DNA of 64,000 nt from Planctomycetota bacterium (GTDB taxonomy: Bacteria; Planctomycetota; UBA11346). The notes under the pieces are model-generated. The model was given only the letters and a program-made list of their open reading frames with translations, did not search any database and was not told the DNA's origin. Shown piece after piece: positions 58,518 to 64,000 of the stretch (positions are counted from its first letter, which is position 1; each line of letters opens with the position of its first letter). The stretch covers positions 42,180-106,179 of the forward strand of contig JAKLKR010000001.1 of the NCBI GenBank assembly GCA_023150565.1. Direction: 5' to 3'. Both the position numbers and the translations under genes were made by a program.

Positions 58518-59589
58518 GGCCGCTCCAGGACAGGTCGCGGTTGAGGAAGTAGTTCCAGGCGGTGGAGATGGCGATCCCTCCCGCCATGGCCAGCCACAGC
58601 GGGGCGGCGAACTGCTCGTGGTAGTAGAAGGTCAGGGCATGGTTGATCATCGCCCCGGTGCCCGAGACGAGCAGGAACAAGCCCAGGCCGCGCATCACGT
58701 TTCCCACACCGGAATGGGCGCGGTCGCGGAAGGTCCACAGGTTGTTGATGACATAGTTGGACACCGCCGCGGTGGCGATGGCGCAGGCGGTGGCGGCGTG
58801 CTCGCTGGCCAGGCGGTCCCACAGCAGGAAGAAGCTGGCGAACTGGACCACCACCCCGCTGCCTCCGACCAGGCCATACTTGAGGAAGCGGGCGCTGACC
58901 AGGCGGCGGGTGGCGAGTTCGGCCAGCGACAGGGCGAAGTCCCACACCACCTGGCCGGAGAGCTTGCTCTCACCGGCCGAGCGCGGGGCGAAATGGTAGG
59001 GCACCTCGCCGATGCGGGCCGGACGGAGCACATGCAGCAGCTCCATCAGGATCTTGTAGCCGCGCGGATTCAGCCGGGGGACGATGGCCAGGAAGTCGGG
59101 GCGGCGCAGGGCGAAGAAGCCGCTCATGGGATCGGTGGTGCGCACCCCCAGCACCAGGTTGCAGGCGGCGGTGGCCAGGGTCGAGGCCAGCCGGCGGCGT
59201 TTCGACCACCGGCCGGTGCCGCCTCCGGGTGCATAGCGGGTGGCGACCGCGACCGGGGCGTCGTCGAGGGCCTGGAGCAGCTGGGGGACCACCGCGGTGT
59301 CGTGCTGGAGGTCGGCATCCATGACCACCAGGAGCCTGCCGGTGGCCAGGCTCAGGCCATCGACGATGGCCGACGACAGCCCGCGGCGATCGGTGCGGCG
59401 ATAGCAGCGGATGCGCGGATCGGCCTCGCCCAGGGCCTGGGCCAGCTCCCAGGTCCGGTCCGGGGAGTCGTCGTCGACCACCACGATCTCGTAGGGGCCG
59501 CAGGCGGCCAGCGCCTGGTGCAGCCGCGCCACCGCGGTGGGCAGGTTCTCGCGCTCGTTGTAGGTCGGCAGGATGACGGAGACGTTCAT
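58501..59589 (-). CDS. Polyprenol-phosphate glycosyltransferase (GT2, DPM1-like) fused to GtrA domain
   Basis: VILPTYNERENL, VVDDDSPDRT, MDADLQH, DPMSGFF, GESKL. C-terminal FLKYGLVG...NNLWTF...NYFLN GtrA domain. Confidence 0.92.
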   Translation of the reverse strand: MNVSVILPTYNERENLPTAVARLHQALAACGPYEIVVVDDDSPDRTWELAQALGEADPRIRCYRRTDRRGLSSAIVDGLSLATGRLLVVMDADLQHDTAVVPQLLQALDDAPVAVATRYAPGGGTGRWSKRRRLASTLATAACNLVLGVRTTDPMSGFFALRRPDFLAIVPRLNPRGYKILMELLHVLRPARIGEVPYHFAPRSAGESKLSGQVVWDFALSLAELATRRLVSARFLKYGLVGGSGVVVQFASFFLLWDRLASEHAATACAIATAAVSNYVINNLWTFRDRAHSGVGNVMRGLGLFLLVSGTGAMINHALTFYYHEQFAAPLWLAMAGGIAISTAWNYFLNRDLSWSGHARPE

Positions 59590-59691
59590 GGGCGACCTGC
59601 TTCCGGGAGGCTCTGTGCTGGTCAAGCGGATTTCGGACTCGGGTTGCTGAAGACATAGGAGCGCGATGGTCAACGCGTTGGTCGCCCGACC

Positions 59692-59910
59692 CCCTTGACG
59701 CCGAGCACGGCGGGCCTGATCGCCGAGGGCGAAGGGACCGGTGCATGGTTGGTGGCCACGAGGGTCCTTGGTCCCTTCGCCCACGTCGAGCATGCCCACC
59801 GTGCTCGGCGTCAAGGGCTGCGCGCCGGCGCGGCGCTTGCCGCCTGCGGCGGGGCCTCGCTGGTTGCCAGGCGAGGCGGTCATCCGCAGGGCTCAGCTAA
59901 CCGCTGCATG
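59692..59910. ncRNA. Putative structured non-coding module, copy 1 (IS3 3' region)
   Basis: Long imperfect hairpin CCCTTGAC...GTCAAGGG (59692-59817), small hairpins, then GGGCTCAGCTAACCGCTGCATG. Homologous to 60998-61224. Transcription not shown. Confidence 0.45.
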
Positions 59911-59922
59911 ATCAGTGGCCGG

Positions 59923-60897
59923 TCATGCGGCGGTCTGGGCTTTCCAGTAGGCTCGACGTTTGGCGTCGGCTTCATCGAAGGTGGCTTTGCGTTGGGCGAG
60001 TTTGGCGGCGATGTGGGCGGGGCCGCGCAGGGCGTCAGCCGGGGTCAGGTAGTGGATGGCGCTGTGCAGTCGGACGGTGTTGTAGTGGAGGACGTAGGCG
60101 GCAACGACAACTCGAGCTTCTTCGAGATCGCCGAGGGCGGTGCGTCGGATGCACTCGGTCTTGATGCTCTTGTGCCAGCGTTCGATTTTTCCATTCGACT
60201 GGGGATGGCGGACCCGGGCTTTGGAGTGGGCGCAGCCGGCGTCACGCAGGAAGACCTTGAACTGGGCCGACACGTATTGGCTGCCGTTGTCGCTGATGAT
60301 CCGTGGCCGAGGCGTGCCCTTGGGCAGCGTGTCGAGGGCGCGTTGCATGACGATCTCGACGTCTGCGGTCTCCATGCGCAGACGGATCTCGTGATGGATG
60401 ATCGCGCGGGAAAAGCCGTCCAGCACGCTGATCAGGAAATACTGGGTTCCCAGGATGTTCAGGTAGGCGATGTCGGTGTGCCACTGCTCGTGCGGGCCTT
60501 CGGGTTGGTCGAAGCCCTTCTTGTGCGCCCCGGAGGTCGGTTGCTTCCAGCGACCGATCAGACCCGCGTCCTTCAGGATCAGGTACACCGTGCTCGGACG
60601 GACCGCCGCCACGCCCGCATCCGCGATCATGAACGCCAGACGCCGGTACCCCTCCTCCGGATGTTCGCGGGAAAACGCGATCACCGCCGCCTGCTCCTCA
60701 GGCGTGAGGTGATGCGACTGAGGCACCAGCACCACCGGACGCGCTGACTTCCCGCCACTGCGAGCCCAGTCGAAATACGTCGAACGCGGCAACGCCAATA
60801 CCGTCAACGCCTGCTTCACCGGAAACTCGGACCGCTCCTGCAGACGCTGCACCACCGCCACCACCTCGGCACTGACCTGGGGCGAAACCTGACGCAC
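59923..60897 (-). CDS. IS3-family transposase OrfB (rve integrase core)
   Basis: GYRR, WHTDIAY, LDGFSR, IISDNGSQY, HPQSNGKIER, YNTVRLHSAIHYLTP. The -1 frame is open back to the slippery site (KKSTWGDLTVRQ). Confidence 0.92.
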   Translation of the reverse strand: MRQVSPQVSAEVVAVVQRLQERSEFPVKQALTVLALPRSTYFDWARSGGKSARPVVLVPQSHHLTPEEQAAVIAFSREHPEEGYRRLAFMIADAGVAAVRPSTVYLILKDAGLIGRWKQPTSGAHKKGFDQPEGPHEQWHTDIAYLNILGTQYFLISVLDGFSRAIIHHEIRLRMETADVEIVMQRALDTLPKGTPRPRIISDNGSQYVSAQFKVFLRDAGCAHSKARVRHPQSNGKIERWHKSIKTECIRRTALGDLEEARVVVAAYVLHYNTVRLHSAIHYLTPADALRGPAHIAAKLAQRKATFDEADAKRRAYWKAQTAA

Positions 60898-60997
60898 GGT
60901 CAGGTCGCCCCACGTGCTTTTTTTGGGTCTTCCGGCGAATTCGTGGGTCGGATGACCGCCTGACGGCGGCTTGAGCGGCCGTCCGTATGCGCCGGCA

Positions 60998-61224
60998 CCC
61001 TTGACCGCTTGCGCGCGGCAGGCGTGTCGCCGTGGGCGAAGGGACCGATGGATGTCAGCGAGCGCGGCGTCTTCGGCCCTTCGCCCCCGTCGAGCGTGCC
61101 CGCCGTGCTCGCGGTCAAGGGCATCGCGCCGGAGTCGGCGCTTGCCGCCTGCGGCGGTGCCTCAATGCAGGCGGGGTCGTGGTCGGTCGCGGCCTCCGGC
61201 GGGGGCTCAGCTACCCGCTGGATG
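60998..61224. ncRNA. Putative structured non-coding module, copy 2 (ISL3 5' region)
   Basis: Hairpin CCCTTGAC...GTCAAGGG (60998-61121), GCGCTTGCCGCCTGCGGCGG, GGGCTCAGCTACCCGCTGGATG. Compensatory changes relative to copy 1. Confidence 0.45.
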
Positions 61225-61297
61225 GAGGCAGCAGAAGAACGTGCATCGCTTCGGCTGACCGGTGAATCCGGCCCTGTGAAGAGGGGAGGCCGGAGCG

Positions 61298-62566
61298 ATG
61301 CACATTGAGACTCTGCTGCGCCATGTCCATCCGATCAAGGGATTCAGCTACGAGACCATGCGCCTGTCCGGCGAGCGCGGCAGCGAACGGCTGTGCTGTC
61401 CGATCCGGCCGCACCGCCGCAATCAGGCGATCTGCTCGGCCTGCGGGACGGCAGGACCGACCTACGACCACTTGCCGCCAAGGACCTTCCAGATGGTGCC
61501 GCTGTGGGGCATCCCGGTGCTCCTGCTGTACGCCATGCGGCGCGTGTCCTGTCCCCAGTGCCAGCGCATCGTGGTCGAGCGGGTGCCGTGGGCGGAGGGC
61601 AAGAGCCCGATGACCACTGTCTTCCTGGTCTTCCTGGCGAGTTGGGCGAAGGTGACCACCTGGAAGGAGGTCGGCAGCCGCTTCTACGTCGGCTGGGACG
61701 CCGTGTATCGGGCCGTTGCCTGGGTGGTCGCCTACGGCAAGGAGCACCGCGTTCTGGACAACGTCACCGCCATCGGCGTCGACGAGATCCAGCGCTCCCA
61801 CGGGCAGCGCTACCTGACCATGGTCTATCAGATCGACCGGGGATGTCGGCGGCTGCTGTGGATCGGTCGAGGGCGCACCAAGAAGTCCTTCAAGCCGTTC
61901 TTCACGTGGTTCGGGCCAGAGCGCTGCGCCAGGATCCGCTTCTTCTGCACCGACATGTGGAAGCCCTACCTCGACCTCATCGCCAAGAACGCCCCCAACG
62001 CCATCAACGTCCTCGATCGCTTCCACCTGGTGGCCAAGCTCGGCCTGGCTGTCGACGAGGTCCGCCGCAAGGAGATGGCCAAACTGCGCGCGATGGGCAA
62101 GGCGGTCCTGGTGCGCACCCGGTGGATCTGGCTCAAGCGTCCGGCGAACCTCACCCGCAAGCAGCGGCGGCACCGACAGGACCTCTTCGCCAATCCGGTC
62201 AACCTCAACCTCAAGACCATCAAGGCCTACTTCTTCCGCCTCGACCTCGACCGCCTGTGGACCTTCTCCATCCCCGAGCACGCCGGGGCCTTCCTCGACG
62301 ACTGGTGCCGACGCGTCATGCGCTCGCGCATCAAGCCCATGATGGCCATGGCCAGGACCTTCCGCGTCCATCGCCACCTGATCCTCAACTACTTCCGCGC
62401 CTGCAAGGTGTTCTCCTCCGGCGTCGTCGAAGGGCTCAACAACAAGGCCAAGGTCGGCATGCGGCGCGCATACGGGAATCGCAGCGACGACGTGCTGGAA
62501 ATCGCGCTATTTCACCAGCTTGGAGCACTGCCTGAGCCGCCGGTGACCCACAGATTCTGCGGATGA
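61298..62566 (+). CDS. ISL3-family transposase
   Basis: Zinc finger CSACG...CPQC, VPWA, AIGVDE, CTDMWKPY, LDRFH, SSGVVEGLNNKAK, THRF C-terminus overlapping the IR. Confidence 0.95.
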   Translation: MHIETLLRHVHPIKGFSYETMRLSGERGSERLCCPIRPHRRNQAICSACGTAGPTYDHLPPRTFQMVPLWGIPVLLLYAMRRVSCPQCQRIVVERVPWAEGKSPMTTVFLVFLASWAKVTTWKEVGSRFYVGWDAVYRAVAWVVAYGKEHRVLDNVTAIGVDEIQRSHGQRYLTMVYQIDRGCRRLLWIGRGRTKKSFKPFFTWFGPERCARIRFFCTDMWKPYLDLIAKNAPNAINVLDRFHLVAKLGLAVDEVRRKEMAKLRAMGKAVLVRTRWIWLKRPANLTRKQRRHRQDLFANPVNLNLKTIKAYFFRLDLDRLWTFSIPEHAGAFLDDWCRRVMRSRIKPMMAMARTFRVHRHLILNYFRACKVFSSGVVEGLNNKAKVGMRRAYGNRSDDVLEIALFHQLGALPEPPVTHRFCG

Positions 62567-62647
62567 GGCAGAAAAGGTGAGTTTACGAAATATCATCTTT
62601 GATGATACCGACCCGTCGCCTGCCGCGTTGACCGCGTCGGGCACGGT

Positions 62648-63403
62648 TCAGGGCAGCTTCTGGGGATTGCGCAGGGCGGTGATGGCGTCGGTGGCGGTGC
62701 GGTTGGCGACGTGGCCGTCGAAGAACAGCACGTTGACCCGGTTGCCGCGATGGCGCGGCCCGCCCAGGTATTGGGTGATGGTCGGATCGCTGGTGCGCGA
62801 GGCGAACATCACCGGGCTGTAGGTCTTGAGATGCCAGTCGTTGCTGTCGGCGATCAGCAGCCGGCTGCTGGTGAAGGTGATGGTGCCCAGGGCGAAGGTC
62901 CGCTTCACCGGGCCGTTCCAGAAGGCGATGCCTTCGTTGTTCTGGTCGTCGCTGCCCGGCACCAGGTTGCCGGCCGCGTCCAGGGCCAGGGCGGGCTGGT
63001 CGTTGAGGCCGTAGCTGAATTTGGAGGGTTCCAGCGATCCCGTCACCTTGGGGATGCCCTGGAAGCTCGGACAGCCCCACAGCACGGTGCCGCGACTGCG
63101 CATGCCGATGGCGGTGATGTTGTAGGAGTGGTCGGCATCGACATAGGTGCGCAGCCGGCCGTACCAGCTGTAGGACTCGGGGTTGATGGCGCTGTAGTTC
63201 GACGCCATCGCCACCAGCAGGCCGTCGTTGTCCTCGGCATAGGCCTGCACCGCCAGGCCGAGCTGGCGCTGCGACGACTGGCAGCGGGTCGACTGCGCGG
63301 CCTCGCGCACCACGTTGACCGCCGGCAGCAGCATGCCGGCGAGGATCGCCACGATGGCGATCACCACCAGCAGCTCGATGAGGGTGAATGCGCAGGCCCG
63401 CAT
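62648..63403 (-). CDS. Prepilin-type N-terminal cleavage/methylation protein with H-X9-DG domain (DUF1559-like)
   Basis: [53 protein letters not shown]. Confidence 0.9.
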   Translation of the reverse strand: MRACAFTLIELLVVIAIVAILAGMLLPAVNVVREAAQSTRCQSSQRQLGLAVQAYAEDNDGLLVAMASNYSAINPESYSWYGRLRTYVDADHSYNITAIGMRSRGTVLWGCPSFQGIPKVTGSLEPSKFSYGLNDQPALALDAAGNLVPGSDDQNNEGIAFWNGPVKRTFALGTITFTSSRLLIADSNDWHLKTYSPVMFASRTSDPTITQYLGGPRHRGNRVNVLFFDGHVANRTATDAITALRNPQKLP

Positions 63404-63482
63404 CGCTGCATCATGTCCCCTGCCGAGCCTCACGCACCGCCCGGATTGTGACATCGCGGACGGTCCTGTGATCAGACCCCGC

Positions 63483-64000
63483 CTACAGCCAGACCCAGGC
63501 CGGCTCGGGGTCGTAGCGCACCCGCTCCAGGCACAGGCCCTCGGGCGGGGCGATGTTGCCGATGCGCGCCACCCCTTCGGCGCCGGCGACCAGGGCGTGG
63601 AACTCGGCGGCGCTGCGCCGGCCCTGGGCCACGTGCACCATCGCCCCCACCAGCCCGCGCACCTGCTTGTAGAGGAAGCCGGTGGCGCTGATGCGCAGCT
63701 CGTGGCAGGTGCCGCAGGCGTCGTCGCGGCGCGCCCATTCCGCCGCCAGGATCTCGCGCGTGCCGTCGTCGTCGTCGCTGTCGTCGTGGCGCAGGCAGGC
63801 GAAGGCGCGCAGGTCGCGCCGGCCGGTGAGCGCGCCCGCCAGCTCGCGCAGCAGGTGCGGGTGGTCGAGCCGGCGCAGCCACCAGGCGCGCGGGTCCAGC
63901 ACCGGGCGGCTGTCGCGCACCCGCACCCGGTAGCGGTAGCACTTCGAGCGCGCGCTGCGGATGCTGTGGAATCCCGCCTCGACCGCGGCCGCGGCGCGCA
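63483..64000 (-). CDS. truA: tRNA pseudouridine(38-40) synthase, 3' part (5' end beyond window)
   Basis: [46 protein letters not shown]. Confidence 0.88.
   Translation of the reverse strand, partial: RAAAAVEAGFHSIRSARSKCYRYRVRVRDSRPVLDPRAWWLRRLDHPHLLRELAGALTGRRDLRAFACLRHDDSDDDDGTREILAAEWARRDDACGTCHELRISATGFLYKQVRGLVGAMVHVAQGRRSAAEFHALVAGAEGVARIGNIAPPEGLCLERVRYDPEPAWVWL

Larger units (their letters stand above)
59614..60924 (-). mobile_element. IS3-family element, 5'-truncated (orfA and left end missing)
   Basis: Candidate right end TGTGCTGGTCAAGCGGATTTCGGA at 59614 (fits the IS3 TG..CA rule; inferred, no partner IR present). Contains orfB, an A7G slippery run and the orfA tail KKARGAT* at 60900-60924, cut off by ISL3. 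Confidence 0.75.
60925..62569 (+). mobile_element. ISL3-family insertion sequence
   Basis: Imperfect 24-bp terminal IRs GGGTCTTCCGGCGAATTCGTGGGT (60925) and ACCCACAGATTCTGCGGATGAGGC (62546-62569), 17/24 complementary. A/T-rich flanks, no matching target duplication. Confidence 0.85.

Noticed and set aside
59692-59817. Integron attC site
   Set aside because: Ends are CCCTTGAC/GTCAAGGG rather than RYYYAAC/GTTRRRY, with no cassette array or integrase in the window.
59590-59883. N-terminal extension of the GT2 ORF, and peptide similarity between the two hairpin copies
   Set aside because: The extension lies in IS DNA. The peptide similarity simply follows the DNA similarity, and the changes fit base-pairing better than codon conservation.
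59889-59910. tRNA-like 5' sequence (minus strand CAGCGGTTAGCTGAG)
   Set aside because: No T-loop GTTCRA, cloverleaf or CCA end.
62591-62607. AT-rich hairpin TATCATC-TTT-GATGATA
   Set aside because: Short and weak. It cannot be distinguished between terminator, operator and chance.

Overview
Very GC-rich bacterial chromosome window, probably from a PVC-superphylum organism and most likely Planctomycetota. That assignment is inferred from two DUF1559-type prepilin/H-X9-DG genes, a PilM-PilN fusion and the gene families present. Layout: (1) 1-16.9 kb is a glycan-utilisation cluster with a LacI regulator, a 1535-aa secreted CBM9-like/beta-propeller protein, an esterase, GH43, sialate O-acetylesterase, a pilin-like protein, GH20 and a Na+/solute symporter. 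(2) Two glycosyltransferases and rph. (3) A TPR lipoprotein plus a sugar ABC transporter. (4) A stand-alone fusA. (5) pilC-coaD-DJ-1 divergent from lolA-like, pilM(N), two unknown membrane proteins and THREE tandem, stop/start-overlapping secretin genes. (6) MFS, an Ig-repeat protein, purQ, cytochrome c-SCO-PCuAC, a lipoprotein, a REP-like cluster, a heme-oxygenase-like diiron enzyme, a hybrid kinase and a beta-helix lipoprotein. (7) ArnT-like and GT2-GtrA genes. (8) A decapitated IS3-family element abutting a complete ISL3 element. (9) A second pilin-like gene and partial truA. Most notable: a ~220-nt structured non-coding module with compensatory base changes shared by the IS3 and ISL3 elements, the triple-secretin operon, a C-terminal domain shared by two unrelated glycan enzymes, and a spacing-conserved upstream motif shared by two glycan operons. 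No CRISPR array, tRNA or rRNA was seen. All functional calls come from motif recognition by eye, with no database searches.
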